Source of the DNA: an uncultured bacterium
GTDB lineage: Bacteria > Verrucomicrobiota > Verrucomicrobiia > Limisphaerales > UBA8199
DNA: 64,000 bases
Assembly (NCBI GenBank): GCA_963749495.1
Contig: CAVVMW010000001.1
Location: 64,001 to 128,000 of the forward strand
Reading direction: 5' to 3'
The translations under genes were made by a program, and so were the position numbers. Shown here in pieces: positions 21,830 to 30,643 of this stretch (its first letter is position 1; every line of letters starts with the position of its first letter). Under the pieces are notes generated by a model. It made no database searches, had not been told where the DNA came from, and was given only the letters and a program-made list of their open reading frames with translations.

Positions 21830-23655
21830 CGGGCCTTTTCAGTGTCGCCGTGCCGATTCCTGCGGGTTTAAATCAGGCCCGCATCGATCCCAGCCCCGCT
21901 CCGCAAGGCCTTCCTCTATTGGGACAGGCTCTAATTATACACGCCGCCGCCGAAGCCCTGGCCTCCTGGGTGGCCGCCTATGGCCAGGTTGTCGGTGACG
22001 GTCGCGCCCGTGAGGACCAGCGAGCCTTGGAAGGTTTGGAGGCCGCCGCCCTGGCCGCCGCCACCGGCGCCCCCAGCGCTCCCAGTGCCGCCTTGAGCGA
22101 GGTTGTGCGCCACGGTAGTGCTGATGACGGTGAGCGTGGCCCCGCCACCGCTGCGGAGTCCACCGCCCGCGCCACCGACGCCGTTGCCGCCAAGCCCCCC
22201 TGGGCCGCCCAGCGCCGAGTTGTATTCGACCGTGCAGTTGTTGACTGTGACGTTCTGCCCCTCGACGTCGAGGCCGCCGCCCAGACCGGGGCCACCGGCA
22301 ACGCCCGGAGCTCCGGCGCCGCCGAGGGCATCGTTATGGTCCAGGGTGCAGCCGCTGATGGTGCCGGGCCCATTGAACTGGACGGCGCCGCCCCACACCA
22401 TGCCGCCCAGACTCAGGACGGGGTCGAGGTTGCCATTGCCACCGATGGCTTGGTTGTGGTCGAACCGGCTGTCACGGACCTCCAGCAACGATGGGCCAGA
22501 CGCGCTTTCGGTGTAAACAGCGCCGCCGTTGGCGTTGCCGCTCAAAAGGCCGCTGTTGTCGTTGCCGCCAATGGCCTGGTTATGGCTGAACGTGCTGCCG
22601 GTGATGCTCAGGGTGCCAGTGTTGTCGGTGGCCCCACCGTAACCCTTGCCGGCAACGAAGCTGTCGCTATTGCCGCAGCCACTGCCACCCTGGCTGACGT
22701 TGCCGGTGAACTGACTTCCGGTGACGTGCATCTCACCCAAGGTGTTCACGAGGGCGCCCCCAGCCCCAATGCCGGGCGCAACCGGACCACTGCTGCCGTC
22801 GCCGCCCCGGGCCAGGTTGCCGGTGAACTGACAAGCGGTGACCTGCAGCTTGCCGAAGTTGCCGACTCCGCCGCCCGCTCCGAGACCAGGCAGGCTCAAC
22901 GGACTCTCGCTGGCGTCGCCGAAGGCCCGGTTGTCGGAAACCACATCATTGGAGAGAGTCAGGTCGGCGAAGTTCAGGATCCCGCCGCCGAAGCTGGCGA
23001 TCATGGGCGCGTTGCCGTCGGCCAGACCGTCGGCGATCGTCACCCCGGCGATGGTCACGTTGGGTTGCGACGGCAGGGAGGGGTCCCCGACAACGAAGAC
23101 CCGGCTGGCATGGTTGCCGCTGATCGTCAGGCCCTCAGAGTCTCCGCCGTCGTGCCCCTTGCCCTCGTCCCGGTCTCGCCTGCAGGGACCGGGACCCTCG
23201 ATGTCCAGGTCTTTGTTTATCGTTAGCGCGCCACTGCTCAGCGTGATGGTCCCCTTGACCTGGAACGTGATCTTGTCACCTGCCGCGGCGTTAGCGATGG
23301 CCTCGCGCAAAGAGCCGTGGCCCTTGTCTTTAAGGCTGGTCACCGTGAGGGTGGCCGCACGCGCGCCGCTGGCGCCGGTCAGCGCGGCCAGGGCAAGGGC
23401 GCAAACTGCAACGGATGTAATCCCTCGCAGCAATGTTGATTTCTTCATAGTTACTAACCTTTCTGTTGTTTTGTTGTTTCTCTTTCCGCCACCCTTCGTG
23501 GGTGGCGAAATCCGTCGGTGCCAGACAACACTCCATGCGTGAGGGCCAAAGGCCCCTTTTCTTGGGAGTGAATTTCGCTCCGCGCACTTGGCCAAGGCGC
23601 AGCGCCTCAGCCCGAAATTAAAAACTTAGAGCGGCATAGGTTCCACAGCTTCCGC

Positions 23656-24537
23656 TCACGGGATCGGCAGCTTCTGGGGAACCCCCGTGAAGAATCGGCT
23701 GAAGTCCCGGTCCGTGCCGGTCACGGCAGGGTAGACCTGGCCAAAGGTGAGATGGCTGGCGATTCGCAGCGTATTGGCTTCACGCCAGCGCCAGGCCTCG
23801 GCATGACCGTCAGCGAAGCTGACCGTGCCCGCGTTGTTGTGGCGGGTGCCGGGGAACTCCCACCAGGTCCACGACGGCCACCACCCGGCCTGCCATACGC
23901 TGGGGGCGTTGATCCCGAAGACTTCGTCATCGATGCCCTTCTCGATCTGGTCCACGAAAACCAAGGCCTGCCCCGGACCGGGGTCCCGGATCTGGCCCAG
24001 GGAGTGCCAGAAGTTGGGGTAAGCGGGGTTAGCCCGGTCCGGCGTATGGTTCATGAAGCAGGACATCGAAACGCTGCGGGTGCGCGGGATTTTCCCCTGG
24101 TCCTGCACGGTGGACGTGTCGGCGGGGCAGCGGTAAATGCTGAGCGACCGGTTGTAGGAGAAGAGGGCGCCGCGCTGGATGTTGGTCGGCGTGTTGTCGG
24201 CCCAGGCATTGCCACAGACCCAGGCGCCGTCCCGGGCCTGCCAACTGCCTTGGTTCAGCGAGCCATTAGCGTCCCAGGAGTCGTTGCTGACCAGGCGGTC
24301 GGCGTTCTCCTCGCTGTACATCTGCCAGCAAAGGCCCAGTTGCTTCAGGTTGTTCCGACAGCCGACCGACTTCGCCGTGGACTTCGCTTTGCCCAGCACC
24401 GGCAACAGCAGCGACGCCAGGATGGCGATGATGGCGATCACCACCAGCAACTCGATCAAGGTGAAGCCTGCGCGCGGTGGGGCCTTGGGTAAAGGCGATC
24501 CTCCCGGCTGTGCTTGGTGGTTTCTGCGGGTTGTCAT
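23656..24537 (-). CDS. Prepilin-type N-terminal cleavage/methylation protein (DUF1559, H-X9-DG)
   Basis: [43 protein letters not shown]. Confidence 0.92.
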   Translation of the reverse strand: MTTRRNHQAQPGGSPLPKAPPRAGFTLIELLVVIAIIAILASLLLPVLGKAKSTAKSVGCRNNLKQLGLCWQMYSEENADRLVSNDSWDANGSLNQGSWQARDGAWVCGNAWADNTPTNIQRGALFSYNRSLSIYRCPADTSTVQDQGKIPRTRSVSMSCFMNHTPDRANPAYPNFWHSLGQIRDPGPGQALVFVDQIEKGIDDEVFGINAPSVWQAGWWPSWTWWEFPGTRHNNAGTVSFADGHAEAWRWREANTLRIASHLTFGQVYPAVTGTDRDFSRFFTGVPQKLPIP

Positions 24538-24574
24538 GGGTTGAATTCGGTTGCCTCCGGTGGCGACTGACTCT

Positions 24575-27500
24575 TCAGGGTTTCTTGGCTGACCTGGCTT
24601 CAAGCGCATCGATCTCCGCCAACGTCGGCAGGCGCACCACGCGGATGGCCCCCTCGCCCGCGCTCTCGAGGACCGAGTTGCCGTCCGGCGGCAGAATGCT
24701 CCATTCCGGGTGAGCAACCAGGAACCAATTCAATCGCAGGCCGGAAATCATCTCGCGGCCCGTGGCGATGTTCCATATCCTGGCAGTTTCATCCATAGAG
24801 TAGGTCACCAGCGACTTGCTGTCCGCCGAAAAGCGGACCAGAAGAGTGCCCGTCGAGTATCCCGCCAGCGGCCCACACACAAGCTGGCCGGTGCGGGCAT
24901 CCCATACCTGGACCTGGCCAAGCGCGGTCTCGGCCAACCATCGGGAATCCGGCGAAAACTGGATGGCGCCCCGTGGCGCTTTGACGATGGATTTGGTCTG
25001 TTGGCTGGCCGCATCCAGGACCTTGACTTGGCCGTCGGTCGTGACGTAGGCGAAGAGGCGCCCATCGGGAGAAGCTCTCAACTGGAAATCGCTAGCCACC
25101 ACCTGCTCTTCGATCAGCTCGGTTTGGTGGGTCTGGAGATCATAAATGGACAGAGGGCCCCTCCAGCCCGCAAGTTCCTCCTGCACCGCATTGACCAACA
25201 CAAGTTTTTTGTGATCGGCTACGGGACAGACCCCGACCAGTCCCGAGGCAACCTTGTTCGAATAGACCAGCTCTGCCGACTCCGCGTTCCAGGCATAGAC
25301 GCGGCCGTCGCCCGTGACCGCGCACAAGTCCCAAGCGGGCGACCCTGAATCGGGATGCGAAAACAAATTCCTCACTCTGCCGGCATGCCAGACATCCACA
25401 TCAATGACATTCACACTGCCCATGAGGCCGGTTTGGAGAGGCTGCCCGTTCAAAAGGGTTCCATGATGTAAAATGGCGTCCGCGTCCTGGATGCTCTTTT
25501 GACGGAGGCACTGGCCGCTTTCCATATCCCACTCCTCAAACGTCAGGTTGGTCAGGTTCACGGTCACCATCCTGCCGGCATCCGCGCGTTGCGCGCAGAT
25601 AAGTCGGCCCCGCGGGAGCGAAAAGGCAGACGGGCCGGAAGGGCTTTGGCTGACATTCCACAGGCAGGCTGTTTTGTCAGCCGAAGCGCTAACCAGACGG
25701 CCATCGGCGGCGAACTTCACGGAGCAGACCCGGCTCAGATGACCCTGGAGCAGCCTTGGCGCTCGATTGGTATCGCCGGTATCCCAGAGGCGAATCATCT
25801 GGTCGCCTCCCGCCGTCGCCAAAACGTGCCCTCCAGGGGCAAACGCCACAGCCCGACCCGCGCCCTGGCTGGCGGGCCAGGTTGCCACCGGCTTGCCTTC
25901 CGGCAGCAACCATAACCAAACCACTGCCGGAGGTCCCATCGTGCCGGCCGCCAGCCAATGGTCATCATCGGAAAAGGCCAGCCTGACGCTATCTTTGGCC
26001 TCAGGGCAGTTGAACACAAGCTGGCGCTGCGCAACCCGCCAAAGCGCCACCTCCCCCTCAGGGCGCAATTCAGGTCTCACCATGAGCGACCAGCTCGCCG
26101 CCAGCAGCGAGCCATCCCGGTTCAAAGCGATGCAGCGGAGATTCTCCTCGGAATTTATGGGGATTTCTGCGGGTCTGACCAGGGGTTCCCAAGTCGCGGT
26201 CTTCCAGACCTGGATGCCTTCCTCGCCGAAGGTGGCCAGCTTTGAGCCGTCGCCGGAAAAGCAGAGGCTGGCGTTGGTGGCCGGCAGGCCCTTCAGCTTG
26301 CCCCAGTTGGTGATGTTCCAGATCAAAACCTCGGAACGGGTGGCGGCGGCCAAAAAACGGCCCTGCGGATCAAACGCGAGATGCTCCGCCTCCGCGAACC
26401 AAGAAGCAAAATTGAGGGGCGCGCCAGAACTGAGCGCCCGGCCTTCTCCTTCCCGGGCCGTATCCCAAAGCCAAAAGGCGCCTCCGCTCTCAGTGGCCAG
26501 CCAGCGGCCGTCCGGCGATAGCGCCGCGCAGGTGACTTCGGCATCGTGGTGGAAGATCTTGGACTGTTGGCCCCGGCACTTCTGCCACAAATAGCGCCAC
26601 TCGATCCCGCGTAGGTCTGGCTCGCCCGGTTTGGGAATCTGCCGGCGCAGGGCTGTCACGGCCTGGCCCAGGTTGTTCTCTCGCCAGGCCGCGTCAGCAA
26701 GCTTGATATCCGCGGCGTAAGCGTTTTGGCGGGCGCGCAGTTCCTCGGCCTCCGCCTGCCGTCGGGCTTGCTCGGCCGCCTGGCGTTGCTTCGTTTCGTT
26801 CGCTTGGGCCTCAACCGCCTTCTGCTCATTGGCTTCAGCGCGGATCCGCTGACGCCCCTGCTCCCGTTCAGCTCGAGTGGCTCGCACGGCCTGCCAGGTG
26901 CTCACCACCACGCCCAGCACTAACGCCGCGACCACCATCGTGCCGGCACCCACCATCACTTTATTCCGTCGGACGAATTTTTGCACCCGGTAAGCCGTGC
27001 TCGCCGGGCGTGCGACGACCGGTTGATGGGTCAGGTGACGTTCCAAATCCTGCGCCAAACCGCTGGCCGTCTCATACCGCCGCGTCCGGTCCTTCTCCAG
27101 GCACTTCATCACGATCCAATCTAAGTCGCCGCGCAAAAAGTGAACCAGCCTGGGTGGATCGGCTTGGCGATGTTTCGCCACCTCCGTGCGCTCCGCATCG
27201 AGCATGGTACTCAGTCGCGTCGAGGGCCGCGCCGGCTCCTGTTCCCGGATGATGCGGCGCATCTCGTCCAAACCAGCGGCAAGTAGCGTCTTGGCGTCAA
27301 AGGGCGTCTTGCCCGTCAGCAACTCATACAGCAGCACCCCCAGCGCATAGACGTCGCTCCGCGTGTCGATGTCCAGACTGGTCATCTCGGCCTGCTCCGG
27401 GCTCATGTAAGCCGGGGTGCCGATGAACTGCTCGAACGCGGTGAACAGTGTCTTGTCAGTCAAGCGCTGCTGGCTGGTGGCCTTGGCGATGCCAAAGTCA

Positions 27501-28210
27501 ATCACTTTGGGCACCGGGACGCCGTCGTTGACGGTGACCAGGATGTTCGAGGGTTTGATGTCGCGGTGGATGATCCCTTTCTGGTGGGCGTGCTGGATGG
27601 CGTGGCAGACCTGGATGAACAGGTCCAAGCGCTGGCGGGGCGACAGGTTGTGCTGGTCGCAGTACTCCGTAATCTTGATCCCCCGCACCAACTCCATCAC
27701 GAAATAGGGCCGGCCCGTCTCCGTCGCGCCGGCATCCAGCACCTTGGCGATGTTCGGATGGTCCATCAGGGCCAGCGCCTGGCGTTCGGCCTCGAACCGG
27801 GCGATCACCTGTTTGGTGTCCATGCCCAGCTTGATCACCTTGAGAGCAACCCTCCTGCGGACCGGTTCCTCCTGCTCGGCCATATAGACCGCCCCGCACC
27901 CGCCTTGGCCGATCTGCTGGAGCAGCTTGTAACGGCCGATCTGGTCGCCCCACTTCTCCGTGACCGGCGCCGGCATAGTGTCAGCCACTTCACCCGAGGA
28001 GGTTGCGGGCGGACCGCCGGCCGCCACCAGTGGTTCCGCGTGCGTGAGGAATCCTCCGGCGCGATCGAGGGCGCGCAGCAGCTTCTCGACCCGCTGCCGC
28101 AACTGGGCATCACCCTCGCAAGCCCGGGCGAGGTAAAGCTCGCGGTCGGGGCCCGACAACTCGACGGCAGCGTCGAAGATGGCTTCCAGTCTATCGTTTG
28201 CCCGGCTCAT
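24575..28210 (-). CDS. Ser/Thr protein kinase with TM segment and WD40 repeats
   Basis: [35 protein letters not shown]-terminal WD40 repeats. Confidence 0.95.
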   Translation of the reverse strand: MSRANDRLEAIFDAAVELSGPDRELYLARACEGDAQLRQRVEKLLRALDRAGGFLTHAEPLVAAGGPPATSSGEVADTMPAPVTEKWGDQIGRYKLLQQIGQGGCGAVYMAEQEEPVRRRVALKVIKLGMDTKQVIARFEAERQALALMDHPNIAKVLDAGATETGRPYFVMELVRGIKITEYCDQHNLSPRQRLDLFIQVCHAIQHAHQKGIIHRDIKPSNILVTVNDGVPVPKVIDFGIAKATSQQRLTDKTLFTAFEQFIGTPAYMSPEQAEMTSLDIDTRSDVYALGVLLYELLTGKTPFDAKTLLAAGLDEMRRIIREQEPARPSTRLSTMLDAERTEVAKHRQADPPRLVHFLRGDLDWIVMKCLEKDRTRRYETASGLAQDLERHLTHQPVVARPASTAYRVQKFVRRNKVMVGAGTMVVAALVLGVVVSTWQAVRATRAEREQGRQRIRAEANEQKAVEAQANETKQRQAAEQARRQAEAEELRARQNAYAADIKLADAAWRENNLGQAVTALRRQIPKPGEPDLRGIEWRYLWQKCRGQQSKIFHHDAEVTCAALSPDGRWLATESGGAFWLWDTAREGEGRALSSGAPLNFASWFAEAEHLAFDPQGRFLAAATRSEVLIWNITNWGKLKGLPATNASLCFSGDGSKLATFGEEGIQVWKTATWEPLVRPAEIPINSEENLRCIALNRDGSLLAASWSLMVRPELRPEGEVALWRVAQRQLVFNCPEAKDSVRLAFSDDDHWLAAGTMGPPAVVWLWLLPEGKPVATWPASQGAGRAVAFAPGGHVLATAGGDQMIRLWDTGDTNRAPRLLQGHLSRVCSVKFAADGRLVSASADKTACLWNVSQSPSGPSAFSLPRGRLICAQRADAGRMVTVNLTNLTFEEWDMESGQCLRQKSIQDADAILHHGTLLNGQPLQTGLMGSVNVIDVDVWHAGRVRNLFSHPDSGSPAWDLCAVTGDGRVYAWNAESAELVYSNKVASGLVGVCPVADHKKLVLVNAVQEELAGWRGPLSIYDLQTHQTELIEEQVVASDFQLRASPDGRLFAYVTTDGQVKVLDAASQQTKSIVKAPRGAIQFSPDSRWLAETALGQVQVWDARTGQLVCGPLAGYSTGTLLVRFSADSKSLVTYSMDETARIWNIATGREMISGLRLNWFLVAHPEWSILPPDGNSVLESAGEGAIRVVRLPTLAEIDALEARSAKKP

Positions 28211-28293
28211 AAACGGCGATTGTATTGAGCGTATCCACCTAACCAATGCGCCAACGGCGGCAAAACCGGTCCACTGTTTTTCAGAAGCAGCCT

Positions 28294-28854
28294 TTAAGCG
28301 TCGCCACTCAGTTCCTCAAACAGCCAAGCGCGAGCGAAGGTCCAGTAGCGTTTGGCCGTGGTTTCCGAGAGGTGCAAAGCCCGGGCCGCCTCGGGTAGCG
28401 AGAGGCCAATGTAGAAACGCAGCCGGACCAACGCCGCCTGTTCCGGATGTTCACTTGCCAGCTTGGTCAGCGCCTCATCAATGCTCAGGAACGTGGCCGG
28501 ATCCGAATCGGTTGCAACCTGAACCTGTTCCAAGGGAACTCGCTCCCACTGACCACCCCGCTTGAGCCGGGATTTGCGCCTGGCATTCTCCACCAGAATC
28601 CTCCGCATCGCTTCGGCTGCCGCCGCGAAGAAATGCCCGCGGCTGTCCCAGCCCTGTTGCTTGGGGTCACGGACCAGCCGCAGCCAGGCATCGTGGACCA
28701 AGGCCGTGGGTTGAAGGGTCTGCCCCGGGGCCTCTTGCGCCATCTTGTGCGCCGCGAGCTTGCGCAGTTCCTCGTAAACCAGAGGCAACAGTTCTTCTGC
28801 GGCTTTGGGTTCGCCCTGCTGCACGCGGTCGAGGATGCGCGTGACATCGCTCAC
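28294..28854 (-). CDS. ECF sigma factor, TIGR02999 type
   Basis: LLPLVYEELRKLA, TLQPTALVH, FFAAAAEAMRRILV, W.FARAWL. Confidence 0.93.
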   Translation of the reverse strand: MSDVTRILDRVQQGEPKAAEELLPLVYEELRKLAAHKMAQEAPGQTLQPTALVHDAWLRLVRDPKQQGWDSRGHFFAAAAEAMRRILVENARRKSRLKRGGQWERVPLEQVQVATDSDPATFLSIDEALTKLASEHPEQAALVRLRFYIGLSLPEAARALHLSETTAKRYWTFARAWLFEELSGDA

Positions 28855-28952
28855 GGGCCGATGATAGCCGACGCAACCCCTGCGCGCAATTCCAGATTCC
28901 CTCGCCCTGTGGCGGCGCGATCGCCAACCGCAACACCTTTATACTCAGAATC

Positions 28953-29635
28953 TTACAAAGACTGGGTGATTCCGCACAACAGTAGCAGGTTATGGCCACC
29001 GGCCGCAGCAATCTCCAGCGCCCGCTTGACCGATTCCTGGCCCTTCACGTCGGCAAAATCCATCTCGTCGTCGGGGGCTTGCTCGAATATGCGGGCCACG
29101 TCCACCGTCACGGGGAGATTTGGACCTCCCCTTCCAGAAAGCCCACCGCCTCCCGCAGGTTCCGGACCGGGATGACCTGCAGCCCGGCCACCACCGCCGC
29201 CTCGGCCGCGTTTTCGGCCGGAACCATCAGCCCGCCCGTGCCCTCCTCGCGCGCCCGCAGGGCTATGGGCAGCACCCCCTTGACCGGGCGCACCCCGCCA
29301 TCCAGGGCCAATTCCCCCACCATTATGAATTTGCCCAACTGGCCGGGCTCCATCTGCTCGCTGGCGGCAACCATGCCAACGGCAATCGGCAGGTCGAAAC
29401 TCGGCCCCTCCTTCTTCACGTCGGCCGGAGCCAGGTTGATCGTGGTGCGGCCGAAGGTGAAAGAAAACCCGGAATTGATGAGCGCCGTCATGACGCGGTC
29501 CCGCGACTCCTTGACCGCCGCGTCCGGCAGGCCAACGATGATGATGATCGTGTCGCCATACCCGGCGTTCACCTCCACCTCGACCGGATACGCTTCGATG
29601 CCATTGACGGCCGCCGAACAGACCTTGGCCAACAT
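28953..29635 (-). pseudogene. comM: comM 5' fragment (codons 1-~220), ends GGHNLLLLCGITQSL*
   Basis: Near-identical to the intact gene until GGHN; one G missing in a homopolymer at ~29113. Confidence 0.95.
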
Positions 29636-29671
29636 GGCCAGAGTTATGCGCCAACCGGTCGAAAAAGGCAA
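29636..29671 (-). promoter_or_regulatory. Putative leaderless promoter TTGCCT-N17-CATAAC-N7-ATG
   Basis: Same geometry as at the other comM starts. Confidence 0.6.
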
Positions 29672-29771
29672 CCTGGAAACCGACCCTCCGAGATCGCCAC
29701 GGGAGGACCGGACCAGGTTTCAGGAGTTTCAGCGCTTGCGCAGTGATCGTCAGACGGATATGTTAGACGCC

Positions 29772-30005
29772 ATGAAGACGTTGACGACGCGAGAGTTTTT
29801 TCATGCGCCCGGCCTGGTGAAGTCACTGCGGCCAGGCCAGTCGCTGGTGGTGACGGACAACGGGGCGCCGGCGTTCACCGTCACCAAAGCTGGCAAGCGG
29901 GCTGCCAAGACGGCAGAAGATCTGCGGCGGGAGGCCCGGGAGATGTTTCCTGGGGAGCGGCCGAAGGTGAACTTCACGGAGATAATCAAGAAGCTCAAGA
30001 GGTGA
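29772..30005 (+). CDS. Phd/YefM-like antitoxin
   Basis: MKTLTTREFFH....VKSL.PGQSLVVTDNG.P; overlaps the PIN remnant. Confidence 0.8.
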   Translation: MKTLTTREFFHAPGLVKSLRPGQSLVVTDNGAPAFTVTKAGKRAAKTAEDLRREAREMFPGERPKVNFTEIIKKLKR

Positions 30006-30247
30006 TACTCTACCCCGACAGCAGTTTTCTTCACCTGGAAGCCGACTGGCGGGACGTGCTTCGCAGCGCCAGCGAAATCAGCGTCGCCAACGCCTTTGCC
30101 CGGGCTTGTCCGGGCTCGGACCTGCTGCACGTGGCATACGCGGTGGAATTGGCAGCGGAGGCCTTTGTGAGCTTCGACGATGAGCAATTAGAGCTCGCCG
30201 GGGCCGCAGGCCTGCGCCCGATAAGGCCAGGTACGCGCCACCGCTGA
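30002..30247 (+). pseudogene. PIN toxin with an in-frame internal deletion (81 aa)
   Basis: MILYPDSSFL joined to HLEADW...DLLHVAYA...FVSFDDEQ; the intact paralog at 16173 is 147 aa. Confidence 0.75.
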
Positions 30248-30643
30248 AAAGACCCTTCAGTGAAACTCATGAAAGGGGTCAGAAAGCCAGAAAGGGTCAG
30301 TTAGTCGCCCGGCGGCCGGTCTAAGCAGACCTTGCTGCATTTATGACAATCTCATTTACTGACTCGTTATCTTACTCCAGAGCGTCCACAACGGCTGCGG
30401 ATTTCTCGACTAGAATCCTAAAAAGCTGAAGGGCTTTTTGCCTAACCTCACCGGAATTTAACCTGGCATCGGGTCCCAAGGGAATGTTCGTCTCATAGGA
30501 AACGATGTCACCCTTGCCACGCTTCATCTCTAGAGTCCTTGAATTTCAAAACGTGATGCAGACAGGTCAAGTTTGTGGCACGGGCATCCTGCCCGTGGGG
30601 GCTTGGGCAGGATGCCCGAGCCACGGTCTGAGGCCCAGCCTCG

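Larger units (their letters stand above)
19888..21931 (-). mobile_element. Insertion sequence (IS5-like/ISNCY DDE), 2044 bp
   Basis: Terminal IR GAGCCTGTCCCAAwAG; TAATTA on both flanks (19882-19887, 21932-21937). Confidence 0.92.
19800..23448 (-). pseudogene. Secreted Gly-rich beta-helix-like repeat protein split by an IS near its C-terminus
   Basis: MKKSTLL signal peptide; TLTVTSLKD.G.GSLREAI..A..GD.I.F; FxxNxAxGG repeats; removing the IS restores ...GGGVYNYQGTFTYDSTTVIAKNHATTSNDNVWP*. Confidence 0.85.

Noticed and set aside
28928..28960. AT-rich tail after the comM breakpoint as a dif/Xer site
   Set aside because: Does not match the XerD arm consensus well enough to call.
5634..29635. comM repeats as a diversity-generating retroelement (TR/VR)
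   Set aside because: No reverse transcriptase, and differences are mostly synonymous rather than adenine-specific.
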